Assembly: GCA_032718475.1 (NCBI GenBank)
Contig: JAUCBJ010008343.1
Coordinates: 12,728-76,727, forward strand
Direction: 5' to 3'
DNA from: Nemertoderma westbladi
Taxonomy: Eukaryota > Animalia > Xenacoelomorpha
Length of the DNA stretch: 64,000 bases
Part shown: in pieces, positions 51,599-64,000 of the stretch
Numbering within the stretch: the stretch's first letter is position 1
Layout: every line of letters begins with the position of its first letter
Translations under genes and position numbers: made by a program
Notes under the pieces: model-generated
What the model saw: the letters and a program-made list of their open reading frames with translations, nothing else
Database searches by the model: none
What the model was told of the DNA's origin: nothing

Positions 51599-52480
51599 CT
51601 GTGATTTGGACAACATCGCCATATCTGACACATCATTAAAATCGAAATCGGTCGAGTTTTCCCAAGCTTCAAAGAAGACCCTTTCGACATTGGGCCCACC
51701 ACAAGCTTCATCAACACCGTTTCCACAGTCATCTTGAAAATCACACCCCACATACTCATTGTAGCACAACATAGTACCTGCGATTTCGAGGTTACAAGAG
51801 TATAATTCATCTTTAGATACGTGATTATCATCTGTCATGAACTCTACATCTTCACCATTTGCTGTCAAGTTCCTAAGGTATTCATTTCCAACAAGTTCCT
51901 TTGTATCACAGTCAAATAAACAACCAATTTCATCCTTTGAATTCAGACAATCGTTCTTCATATTGCAAACACTTTCTTTAGGTATGCATCTAGGCGAACC
52001 TGTTTCACAATTGAACTGCAATGCATTGCATATTTTACTTGGTTCTGAAATATCCTTATTTAATTGGTATTTCTCTTTTGCATAATAAAATGTGGTAACG
52101 AAATTTTCTCTTGCGTATTCGTCTAGAGTAACCAAATCAGTAAATGGTTTATCGCTTTGAACTATAGACGTGCTCGTTGCGTCGTATGCTACTGCACTGC
52201 TTCTGATGTTGTTCTCATTACAGATCGTTACTGCCGGAAATTCGATGAGAAATTCCTTTTTACTTTGAAAGGATACGGTTTTAGGCAAGTCTACATAGTC
52301 GATGAATAGCAAACAGACTTGTAGCAGATATCCGCTAAACCCACCCAGTAGCAACACCACCCATATATAGCGCCACAGACGGTTGGGTGGGTTAACAGCC
52401 CTCGGTGCCCCATGGAGGGTGACGCCTTCAAAGAACTTACTGCATATTTTAGATAGCGGTTGGTTTTCAGATTTGTTCAT
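51599..52480 (-). CDS. DEG/ENaC channel copy B, exon 1 (294 aa; spliced product ~677 aa)
   Basis: Same motifs as copy A (HG, TM1, FPAVTICN, two LDLa-like modules). Donor CAG|GTACAG at 51599/51598 joins in frame to 32262 across a 19.3-kb intron. Confidence 0.93.
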
Positions 52481-54878
52481 CTTCGAACGGAAATTGATCT
52501 TTCTGGTATTCAGTGTTAGCCACTGGACAGCTGGTGGTCAATATTATTGAAATATTATATTGCTGTAGAGAATATGTAATTAATGAAATATATTACCATC
52601 GATTTTTCTACATTGAAGCAGTACATACGGAATATACGGAATATACGGAATCCCACAACTGTCAAGGGCAAAATATTAATAAAGGCAAATGCAAACTGCC
52701 ATCAGGGCTAAATGCCCTCAGGGCAAAATTCCCCAAGAATTGAAATAGCCTTCTTTCTATGGAAATGATTGAATTTTGTCTAAGTTTTATTAATATTTTG
52801 TCCCTGTCAGTGATGGGCTTCCGCCGGTTCTTGTGATTGAAATTAATTAATTTTAGAATCAACAGCTGATCATGTGCTCTCTCAAAAACACCAAAGGAGC
52901 CACATGTCGAATCAGTTGATTTCCTGTTAGCTCATGTGAATCTGAATGCCCCATTTACAAGTGCAAACTAAGATTTACAAGTGCACTTTTCTCAGACTCC
53001 AAATTTCGCTCTCAACCAGTATACATTTTTCCTAAATTTGAACATCGTAACCAACCTTTAAGACCTACATTTCGTGCAAGTCAGCTGGCATTACATCCCA
53101 AGCTCACGATCTTTCCAGCACTTATTACACAAGTTGTTGGTTCATTTAATTTTAAATTATACTGCTGCTTATACAGGTATTTATTAATTCTCCACTCGAT
53201 ATATTTGTTTCGTTTACCCCACGTCCTATTATTAATGCAGTGCATATTACTTAGTTATTTTATTGGCTCTGATGTAGCGGGCCTAACCCGGATTTCAAGT
53301 TCGAGATTGTTGGCGTTGATGTTATCTATAATTCTCCCAGATTGCTAGTTAAAATTTTGTCACGGCATTTAATTATATCGATCAGTAGAGACCTACTGCT
53401 ATATTTTCCCATTCAAATCAACCAAATAAATTATTTCTTCCATATCGGAGTTACTAAATCTCATCTTACTGTATGCCAATTATTGGTAGGCCTTCAGTGA
53501 CACCATTTGAAGGTATTATTCAATCCTGGTTTTCTGCAAACTTGCAGATGATCTTTATATTGGCGGATTTATATAGTAATTTATTATGATTTATATAGAC
53601 TTATATAGTAACTGGCACATTGTCTCACATAAAGTGGAACCATTAATTTTTGGTGGGTACAGAGACATAGGCTAGTGGTGTTGATACAGATATACATCCA
53701 CACCCGCAGAAATTACACTAGTACACTATACTATATACTACTACACCAGGGGCGCCGGAAGCACGGGGGCAGGGGGGCAATGCGCCCCTCCAGAATTAAC
53801 TCACACAACGGAAACGGCCCACACTATATGACTATTAATTAATATATGTAAAATCGTTGCAAAAATTTTAAAGTTACATTAGCAGCCAGACCAAATAGGA
53901 TTCACTGATGGCCAAAGGAAGGTTAACTTAGCTAAATATAAGAAAACCCCATCTAAATGTTGTAGCCCTAAGCCATATTACCAATAATCTGATAATGCCC
54001 CCCAGCCCCCACCCACCTCGGCCCAGTCCTCCCCCGTGTATGATATAAAATCAAGTTCATAGAAAGCCAGCCTATCTCTACCACAGCATAGTCTGTAATT
54101 ATGGCCTTATGACTTGGACAATAATGGAAGCAAGGGGAGACTAAATGACCACTTGGCAACCCTTTACTTTCCTCCTTCGGCGTACTCTTCAACTCTCGAT
54201 GCTCCCTTACTCAATTTTAAAATAATTTAGTGTTCTCGAATATTTATTACGTAACTAGAGAGCTGCTTAATTACATGAACCATTATTGGATATCGAGTCC
54301 GTATTGGATCCTAGGGAATAAAGGTGAAACTTTTTCTCCCGTTTTTGGGGTATATTCGAGGGAAAACGTAACAATTTAAGAATAAAATGTTTTATGTTGA
54401 GGCATTTTATTTACCGAGCGTTAGTGATATTTCGAGACCAGAGATATTTCGTCAATGGTATGGTTTGATTGTAAAGCTGTGTAAATTATGGTATACCCTC
54501 CCCTTAATACAGGGACGAGAGAATATTGAAAAAAAAATATTATACTTTTTTTCTTATGTAATAGGCCTACGTAATTTTATTCTTAAAGTGGAACATTTTT
54601 GTTGTCTAATTCTTTAATAAAAGATGGAGCAATATAGTGTTACAATAACTATTTAAGTAGTGGCAAAAAATTAGGCTTTTTTTTAGCCTAATTTAATAAC
54701 TATAAAATAATTATATTTAACTAACATAATAAGAAAGCAAGAAAAAAATGTTACTTTTTGCCACCACACTTACGTCGTTTTATTTGTTGTAAGTCGTCTC
54801 TCACTTTTATCTGGGCCTATTTCAGCATAAATATCGTCCATCGAAGCTTCTTCCATTGCAAAATACCGGCATTACTAT

Positions 54879-57800
54879 TAGTCCATGGGCCAGCCAGCAT
54901 AGGGGATACTTTTTGGTAACCATCTGGAACTTATATTTTTGGAAAGACCTAGCTTCTGGCCATTTATTTTGATATGATAACAAATCTGAATCGGTAGCTG
55001 ACTTGGTGTTATCACCGGTTGTCATGGAAATGGTAAAACTACAAACATGCTGTAGTATTCTAATAACTCAATATAAATTCATCGCATCTTTTGAAAAAGA
55101 TAGCTACTGATCTAACAATTCTAAATGTGACATAAAATTCTGGAATATAATTATTGTTACCATGGGAACGCTGATAAATGAAAACTGACATGTTTTAGAA
55201 AAATAGCTACCATTCTAGAACAATACCATTATTTTAAAAACAAATTACCACATTTTATTGAATATTAGTTTTGGAAAATTTCGGTATACTGAGATCTAAA
55301 CCTGTTTTGTTATAACAGTGATATATGGTTCCAAAGATATAACCATGTTTGAAATATTTTTATTTTTCATCATTTTAATCTCATTCCACTCTGTTTCAAA
55401 ATAATGACTTTAACAAATATTTATGCCAATAAAAAAACAATCAGATGTGACTACAAATCACTTTAACATGACAAGTGACATCTAAATGGCATTTCAGATA
55501 ACACTCCTTCACAGGTTACCATGACTACCACTACAAATGCAATTGAAGATGACTCAGATATGACACAAACTTAAATGACTTGACACCTCCACAAAAGAGA
55601 GGTTAGTTATTTTAGTATATTCACTTAAATTTATATATTTATCATAATTTTTCCTAGATGATTTCTGAAAAGATGATTCCTTCATCATCTGAGGTGTCAA
55701 GTGCATCAGTTCATTCAAATTCCGCCTCCTTCCATTTGGTGCATTACTTGAATTTGTACAACTCAATGCAATGAAGTTTAATTTGTAGGCAGATACGTTA
55801 GTGGTTTACATGACGTAGTACAATTTCAATGCCACAGAGAGAGAGAGGATTGATGATGGAGCTGGAAGAACATGCATCCAATCAGGTATCATATCCTCCT
55901 CATCTAACAGACAGACCTACAGTATAATGGGAGAAGGTACATTGATGATGGATACTAAACTTTTTTCCAAATATACGCTTGGTAGTTGGCTTCGGATATA
56001 TAGGTGTATAAACAATACTTACAAGGCGGCAGCAAAGGTTGACTCGATTTCTCCACTTATTGAGATTAAAAGACGATACTGAAGCACGAAAGAATAATAT
56101 AGACATCAGTGCAGAGGCAGGTTTCACTGAAAGGGATGGTGGGGGGAGGGGGGGGGATGTGGTGTGGTGTGTATCCAATAGCTTACGTCAAAGACTAGAT
56201 CAAGTATGTGACATTCATATTTGAGATGATAATGAGTGTGTCGGCAATAAATGGACACAAATCAATGCCATCATGACCTTCAACCATCTCAAATACATTA
56301 CAAGGGATGAAAACGATGTCCTGAAATGCCAGGTTTGTCAAAAGTGTGGATCTCTAAGTAGAATAACGCATTGTAACATAAACACTATATCAGCTAATCT
56401 TGGACCTGACTTATGCAAAATACTTATTGCTTTACTTGAATGTCAGAAGTTAATGACGTGAACGAGCTTCGGTATCATCTCTTCTGTTCAAAACATGGAG
56501 AAATCGAGTCAACCTTGCTGCCCCTTGTAAATATTGTTTAAAGAGAGACACCTATCCCGAGCCAACTACCAATCGTATATAAGCATAGTACCCATCATCA
56601 ATGTATCTTCTCCCATAGGTCTGGGATGGCTGTTAGATGGGGAGGATTGGTAATACCTGATTGGATGTATGTTCTACCAGCTCCATAATCTATCCTCTCT
56701 CTCTCTATCTCTGCTGTATTGCAATTGTAAACCACCAACATGTATCTGCCGGTTGAGTACAAAACAAAGACCCAAGACTTTACTGCCATTGCTATTTAAA
56801 GGAGCAGGTTAGTAAAGGAGCACGTTACTGAGGCGTGTTGGGGGAACCAAAACAATAAACAAAAGTTAACACTTGTTAGATGATTATGCAGGGACTTATA
56901 ATTAATTGGGTGTTGAGTCTTTGTTTTGTACTCACTCTGTATCTGCCTACAAAACAAACATCAACATCATTGCATTGAGTTGTCCAAATTCAAGCCATGT
57001 ACCAACAGGAAGGGGGCGAAATTTGAATGAACTGAAGCTTTTGACGTGATTTTTGACTAACATATTTGCACTACTTATTATATTCTTACCCCAGGTGACA
57101 CTTTAAAAATTACCAAAAAATTTCACGAATGTAATATTGCAGTTCTATAATCGCTTTCAGCATCCAAATATACCGCTATATATCGCAAATAAATTCATTT
57201 TAGTGAATTATGAAAACTATTGAAAATCTTAGTACGAAAGTACTGGAGATGGGTGCCAGAAAGGGAGCACAGCACGAAAACTAACATGACCATGTAAATG
57301 GCGTTTGCTCTGTTGGATAACCCATTAAATTTTATGAAAAGTCACGAAATCTCGGTTTTCCAAACAAACCTTACTCAAAGATGCAGATTAATTACAAAGT
57401 TATACCGGGCGCATATTCCCAATCCGTACACTCCTAGGAACACCTCTTGCATTGACACCTGGGATTGGTTAATGAGTTATTATTTGATTGGACGTTGAAA
57501 TCATGTAAGGAATGAAAGGAGGGGTCGAACTAGTGTAAGGTTTTTATAAAGTGTTCCAAAGGCTCCAAATAAAATAAACTCTTAAAACCTCTAGATGGCG
57601 CGCTAGTGCAGTTCGATGCAGACGAATAGCAGACAGACTATTCATAAGCAATTACTACTGTACAGTACTATAATCGGCCTGCTGCATTGAAACTGCACAT
57701 TGAGATGCTATGCCAGTTTGGCAAAAGTATTTGCCACAACCATGCAATCCACAATTGGCAAGCCAAATGCCGCGTAATTAAGAATTCTATGCCGGCTTAT

Positions 57801-58991
57801 CAACAAAGTTTCACCGCCACAATTCCCTATGCCCCATAACTTTCGCAAGATTATCTGCATCTTCAAGGCCAGTGTCCTTTAGGAGGCGTCTTAAGAAAGT
57901 CATGGGCTTTCCATCATGCTTATTTATTTTCTCTATGGGGCTGCCAAAGCACAATATTGTGCGCAGTGTGGTCCTTATGTGTGGGGGCAGCTCATGCAGC
58001 CCTGTATAAACCATAACCCAATGTTCTACTGCCTAGAATAATATCAAATGTTAAGTCTACTCATCTAATACTGTTGGCGTAATAACCCTTACATGATTTC
58101 ACCCAATTTCTCCATTCCTTACAGCGTTTGGAACACTTTCTACTGTATCTGCAAACTGAGTATAAAACTCTTACAGTAGTTCGACCCCTATCTCCATTCC
58201 TTACATGATTTTTTCCTACTAGTGTAAGGTTTGGGAATACGCCCCCCGGCCCAAGTATGATTAAATAAAGAGGATATAGTATTCAAAAATGTCATTAAGT
58301 TTGTGTCATATCTGAGTCATCTTCAATTGCATCTGTAGTGGTAGTCATGGTAACCTGTGAAGGAGTGTTGTCTGAAATGCCATTTAGATGTTACTTGTCA
58401 TTTTAAAGTGATTTGTAGTCACATCTTGATTGTTTTTTATTGACACAAATATTTGTTAAAGTCATTATTTTGAAACAGAGTGGAATGAGATTAAATTGAT
58501 GAAAAATACAAATATTTCAAACATGGTTATATCTTTGGAACCATATATCACCGTTATAACAAAACAGGTTTAGCTCTCAGTATACCAAAATTTTCCAAAA
58601 CTAATATTCAATAAAATGTGGCAATTTGTCAATTAAAATAATGGTATTGTTCTAGAATGGTAGCTATTTTTCTAAAACATGTCAGTTTTCATTTATCAGC
58701 GTTCCCATGGTAACAATAATTATATTCCAGAATTTTATGTCGCATTTAGAATTGTTAGACCAGTAGCTATCTTTTTCAAAAGATGCGATGAATTTATATT
58801 GAGTTATTAGAATACTACAGCATGTTTGTAGTTTTACCATTTCCATGACAACCGGTGATAACACCAAGTCAGCTACCGATTCAGATTTGTTATCATATCA
58901 AAATAAATGGCCAGAAGCTAGGTCTTTCCAAAAATATAAGTTCCAGATGGTTACCAAAAAGTATCCCCTATGCTGGCTGGCCCATGGACTA
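54879..58991. mobile_element. Long-TIR DNA transposon derivative, Academ-like
   Basis: ~700-bp inverted arms (54879-55580 and 58291-58991), TAGTCC...GGACTA termini, 3-bp TSD tat; internal fragment NINTISANLGPDLCKILIAL is reminiscent of an Academ transposase. Confidence 0.65.
57680..58000 (-). mobile_element. RTE LINE 3' fragment
   Basis: KPMTFLRRLLKDTGLEDADNLAKVMGHRELWR; same family as 13303-13659 and 34089-34586. Confidence 0.8.
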
Positions 58992-59602
58992 TATACCTTG
59001 GGTACCCATAGTTTGACCAAATTTTTCTTATAAAAAGGCTTTTATCATGAGGTTTTTATTCTAGAACAAATATTTGACCGTCTGACAGTTGGTATTTTTT
59101 CCAAAAAATGTTCTAGAAAATTAACGTGTTCTATAACCAAAATATTTATCAAAATTGATAACTAACACTTGTTATATAACATGTTTACAACATATTTACA
59201 CACAACAACATATTTAAATGTTTACAATGCAAACTTGTTACTTAATAAGTATTATTAAATACATCCCATTTGAATTTTGTGTAACTTTTTTTCTAATATT
59301 ATTATAGTATTATAAAAAGTGCCCTTTTTTAGCAGCTGCCCCCGTCGCACAAATTTGCTTCCGGTGCCCCTGCTACTATACCTGGTCGAGCGCGCTCGGG
59401 CAGTGGAAATGAGATCCTTCCAGGCTTCCCGATTCTACATAGTTGTCGCAATTTCGTTTCCCCCAAGTCCAATTAGACTTGGCAAGCTGCTGTCTATATA
59501 TGTCAGTCAGACCAAGGGAATGAAGAAGTATGATAATTTTTCAGTTTGCACGGACCGCCACACGCTAATTGTTGCCATGCATACGTACCATGATGAGAAA
59601 GT

Positions 59603-60323
59603 ATATGATGTTAGACAACCACGACTTTAGTGGGATTGTGATATTAATATGAAAACAATAAAATAGGACATGGGGTCTTATTCCCTCAGATACTACATAG
59701 CATTTAGGGCCACTTGGGCCAATGTTAGTACTCAGGCACTAAGGCCCATTAAAAAACAAAATACCAAATCGATTTTAGTGCTACATAACCCAACCCAACT
59801 ACCACAAGAAAAATTGCACCAAACCATACAGTAACTACAGGTTCCGGTAAGTATTGCACGAAATAGGCTATCCCATAAATTACGAAAAATATAGGACATG
59901 AAAGACGAAAAGGTAAGTCTAAGTAATAAATTTTATAAAAATAAAAGGGTTTCGGAGATTTAAACACTGAACCCTGGGATCCGTGGTTCTCCTCATCAGC
60001 AGTGTGCCACGAACCCCACCCCTACCCTAACATAACTGCACCACTAAATTAAGACAATGACCAATAAATTAGAAATCCTACCGTACCACCAAACAGAGTT
60101 GAAACCACCCACCCCCAATGTATGTTACCATCAGCCCCAAATGCATAAACATGATTCCCCACTGAATGCAACCAACCCCAATTACCACCTACCGGTATGT
60201 ACAGATAAATGATCAGATTTTAATGGGCCTTAGTGCCTGAGTACTAACAGTGGCCCAAGTGGCCCTAAATGCTAGGTAGTATCTGAGGGAATAAGACCCC
60301 ATGTCCTATTTTATTGTTTTCAT
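59603..60323. mobile_element. 721-bp insertion with 13-bp TSD, ~105-bp inverted repeat and hammerhead-like core (Penelope-like/retrozyme-like?)
   Basis: TSD atgatgagaaagt at 59590-59602 and 60324-60336; arms 59647-59754 and 60218-60325; absent from copy A. Confidence 0.7.
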
Positions 60324-61050
60324 ATGATGAGAAAGTGACAGTTGTTTCAAATAAACTACAAATATATTTTCTTTTACTATTTCTGTATAAGCTACTCAAT
60401 CTTCTTATAAGACCAAAAATAATTAGATTTATGAAGGTTTCTACTAAGCGTTATCCTTATAAACTGCTACCACCGATATAAATAAAAGTTAAAACATCAT
60501 AAAATGTAAATGCATGAAGGCAGGAATGCAGCACCTGCTTCAATTACAGCCCTATTACCTATTATGACCTTCAAATCATCATTATTAAAAATTTAATTAA
60601 GTAGTTTTGATTGGCTAATACAAAGCAAGCATCTCTCTTTACTCTCTTTACAGCCGATTCTAATCACACATATATAAATTATTACTAAGTTTTAAACCGA
60701 ACAGACAAAGTAGGTGCAGTAAAACCGTTTAGTAAAAGTAGTGCAACTCAAAAATAATTAGTTTTATTGCATCTCGAACTTCGTAAAGAAAATCATATAT
60801 ATTCTTGCTTGTTTGTGGTTGACAGTTCGAAATGGTGAGCAGCTCTAATGCCCGTATGACCTTTTACGAATGAGTTCAGTTAGTTAAACTCTGGGTCTGA
60901 CAACCTACCCAGTCCAGCTATGCGAGATTGGTGTTCCAAGGCCAGGATACAAGATACCTGCCTTTATAAACGTGTGTCGTTTAGTTATTCTGTAAGAAAG
61001 TCTTGGTCATGATCGTCTAAGTTTCCCAAGACTATTGGATCAAGAAGATG

Positions 61051-62026
61051 TAGTAGGGGAGAGCCGGGAGGGTTGAACCGTGGGGAGGGGTGAATCAGTG
61101 CAATTTAAAGGAGAACGCTTGGGTTTGGCGTTTCCAAGGATACACCATTAGATAGACAATTAAAAACTGCACCTATTGTTGTATTTAGTCCAACTCTAGT
61201 CTACATGTTGCTTTTCTATGAAGGAAAGTATACTTTTCCAACTTGTTTTCTAGAACTGACCTCTGTTTTGGATCCCTCCCATTTAATTGATTTTACAATT
61301 CACCAATAAATGTGATACTTTTCTGGTGGAGAAATTATTCAGCTTCAAAATTAGGTATGGATGATTACGTCACTGGTCTGCATTTTTCGTACACAATGCA
61401 TTTTTCAAAAAATGGAGTAGTGTGGGAGGCTTGAATCAAAGGAGGGGTAGGAGGGTTGAACCACTTGGGATGGATGGGTAGAGGGTTGAACTACTTTCCT
61501 ATTGGTTGTTCGGGCTACTTATCTACAGATATGGATGGTATTTAATATGACTAATTGACTACGCTTGTTTCAGTGTTACTTTCTTGTCAACCCGTGGTGA
61601 CAGGTAGTAGATAATATTATTGTCAAATAAAAAAACGACAGTTATTGATGGAGATAGAAAGTTTATTTGACAAAAGTGAGATCTCACTGGCAGACAAACA
61701 CTGAAAATACACTGACAAATAGACAGAAATACTAATTTTCATTGACATATTTTCCTTTGATAACATTGCTTCTATGGGTGGTTCAACCCTCCTAACCCCC
61801 CTGATTCAAGCCTCCTATATGGGGTAGGAGGAGTGAACCAGAAAACTCGGCTCGGTAAAACGCTTATTTCTCATATAATTCATGATTTTAGCACCTTAAT
61901 ATGTATTCCAATAGATGCGGAATAGATTGTTTTGGTATTTGTGCGATTTCAGCCTGAAGCTACGATGTGAAACAGAATAAACCAATTGTTTGTAAATTGT
62001 GGTTCAACCCTCCTTACTCTCCACTA
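61051..62026. mobile_element. MITE (pogo/Tc1-like termini); copy A retains only its right end
   Basis: tagtaggggagagccgggagggttgaacc / ggttcaaccctccttactctccacta termini with internal ggagggttgaacc repeats. Confidence 0.65.
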
Positions 62027-62106
62027 TACTGTACTTTCTATAATTGTTATTTCGGGTGGATGAGTGGTTTGTATTATTAACTGAATTGTAATTAAGCTGA
62101 TAATGC

Positions 62107-62146
62107 GCGCTACTGATAAAGCCTAAACGAAACGCACGTATAGCGC
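62107..62146 (+). ncRNA. Degenerate type I hammerhead motif (duplicate of 23704-23743)
   Basis: Identical sequence in copy B. Confidence 0.5.
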
Positions 62147-63679
62147 TGGTTCAACCCTCGGTGACGTGATTCCTCATTTTTTCCGATTCTGAACAAAGTC
62201 ATATTAAAATATAATTAGATATTATTTGAATACACCATATGACCGCACCCACAATAATGTGACAGTTTCTGATGACACGGACACCCCTCCCAAATTCTCC
62301 TACGAATCTTTACTAGTTAAACTCACTGTCGATGTCCTCATGAGGCCAACATTTCGATTTCACCTTTAAGTTTTTTTTATAAGCGTTTTAAAAACAGTGT
62401 CTTTTGAATCGTGACCAATCTTCACATTAGTCGTAATTTTTTCATACCATTAGAAAGGTTCTAATGATGAGTTAGATATATGAGTTAAGGATATGAGTTT
62501 AGAGTCAGTATTTACTGTGTGTACTGGGGTACAGTATGAGTACCGTAAATAAATAAATAAAATGTATTAGATCATATATTTATAATAATAACAGCGATAC
62601 ATAAATAAAAACATAGCTGAGCAATAATATTAACAATAATTACTACATTAAGTATTCCATAAATACCCTACATATAGACCTACATACAGATCCAGCACAA
62701 TACAGATTGCCATCACTTAATACAAATTGAATACCAGTATTATTATTTCTCAAATACACCACCCCGAAATTGATCAAATATGAAATAACGTTTTGTTAAT
62801 TTTTAGGTAAGAAACACCGAATGTAACCCGCTTATTCATTCCCCTTAATGTTTTAAATTTAATTACATCGCCACAAAAACATATATTTAGTGTTTCGGCG
62901 CCATTAACTCACTTTCTGAAACACAAACGGAATTTAAATTCAATAATTTGATATCGACTGAAGATGGCGAAGGTCGTGATGAAACAGCTAAACAACAAAG
63001 GGCGACTAAAACGTGTTTGGAGTATTTACTGTGTGTGTGTAATGTAAGTAAAGTAAATATTAAGTTGGATGATAATTTAGAATAAATAATAAGGATTTAA
63101 ATTAAAAGCAAAAAGCAAGAATATAAGCACAAAAAGCGTACATTACGTACATACATTGGTAATATATTAAGTATAAGCACAAAGCAAAGCATAATGATAA
63201 GCACAACAAGTCACAAGCACAACAGTAACAGTATAAAAGATAAATTTGGAATATAAGACAATTAATTAAATTAATAATACACCAAATGCTATAGATGGCC
63301 GTAACAAGAAAGGTGGAGGTCACATCATGATCACCTAAAATACTGAAAGGATAAGAATTCAATAATAATTGTGGATGTGGCCGAATTGTTAAAACTATCA
63401 TCTAATCTCCACGTCAAAATTACAATCTGACCACAAATTCTTGTTTTAACAAATCCGCACTTCCCAAGTGCAAGTGAGAGTAAAGCGAAGACAAATATTT
63501 TAGATTTTCACTAAATGTGCCCCAGGCCCCAGGTAGCGATACAAAAATGAGTTTTATCAAATAATTCGACCTAAAATTATCCCATTTAATGAATAAAAAC
63601 ACGCGCGAATTCGCGCAAAGGTCCGCGTCTACTAACGCATGAAGGCTGTACTACCAATCTTACTATTAAAAAAATTCAC

Positions 63680-63750
63680 CAGGACGTGAGGATTGAACTC
63701 GGTACCTAGAGATTCCAAGTCCAACGCTATACCAACTTCGCCACTGCGCC
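63680..63750 (-). mobile_element. tRNA-like sequence (SINE head or tRNA pseudogene)
   Basis: Minus strand ggcgcagTGGCGAAGTTGGtatagcg...GAGTTCAATCCtcacgtcc has A and B boxes; the anticodon and acceptor stems pair poorly. Confidence 0.55.
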
Positions 63751-64000
63751 GTAGGAAGCTTAGAACAACGGAGTACATACTATCGGTCTCGCTACGCGGA
63801 CCAAAAATAATTAATTACACACCCGCTGTGTATAAAGTAATACTTTGGTACAGTGTGCTGATCTAATTCATTTATTACACTAACCACTAACGACCTATTC
63901 AGTAGCGAACTCTATAAAAGGGCAGATTATAACTACAGTAGTTATAACCAGTTAATAACGTATAAAAGGTGTCGAAATAGGAATAGGAAACCTGCAGCAT

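Larger units (their letters stand above)
53747..59372. mobile_element. Non-autonomous hAT-like element with nested insertions, copy B only
   Basis: TIRs caggggcgccggaagc / gcttccggtgcccctg; near-perfect flanking repeat ctactacac / ctactatac; empty site in copy A near 22770. Confidence 0.75.
28354..62280. repeat. Segmental duplication, copy B (expanded by transposon insertions)
   Basis: Collinear with 10882-23877; the extra length is explained by BEL, RTE, MITE, hAT/Academ-like and other insertions. Confidence 0.93.

Noticed and set aside
54822-59033. Identical short ORFs (MTTGDNTKS...) on opposite strands
   Set aside because: They arise from the 700-bp inverted arms of the transposon.
62955-63000. 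CTGAAGA...GAAACAGCT hammerhead-like string
   Set aside because: Stem II is imperfect and no stem I or NUH closure could be found.
63680-63750. Functional tRNA-Pro gene
   Set aside because: A and B boxes are present but the anticodon and acceptor stems do not pair; kept only as a SINE/pseudogene call.

Overview
This is AT-rich, repeat-dense eukaryotic DNA, most likely from an invertebrate animal, with no prokaryotic features. The backbone is a tandem duplication: copy A spans ~10.9-23.9 kb and copy B ~28.4-62.3 kb, joined by a 3-kb 19-bp satellite and a foldback element. Each copy carries a two-exon DEG/ENaC (amiloride-sensitive) channel gene on the minus strand with two LDL-receptor class A (LDLa)-like modules in the extracellular finger region. 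Copy B is intact (~677 aa); copy A has a 1-bp frameshift. The two genes are nearly identical except for a ~105-codon finger/LDLa-1 segment where almost every change is non-synonymous. The copy B intron holds a young 16-kb BEL/Pao LTR retrotransposon (5-bp TSD, ~99% identical LTRs, extra ORF). It has no tRNA primer-binding site; instead an 11-nt sequence next to the 5' LTR is perfectly complementary to a sequence inside its own LTR, the geometry of Tf1-type self-priming. Other content: RTE and other LINE relics, piggyBac-, MULE-, hAT- and Academ-like non-autonomous elements, a LINE-split DEDDy-exonuclease/CCHC ORF, hammerhead-like motifs (one with a non-canonical strand order), tRNA-like SINE heads and several mini/microsatellites. 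All calls were made by eye without database searches.
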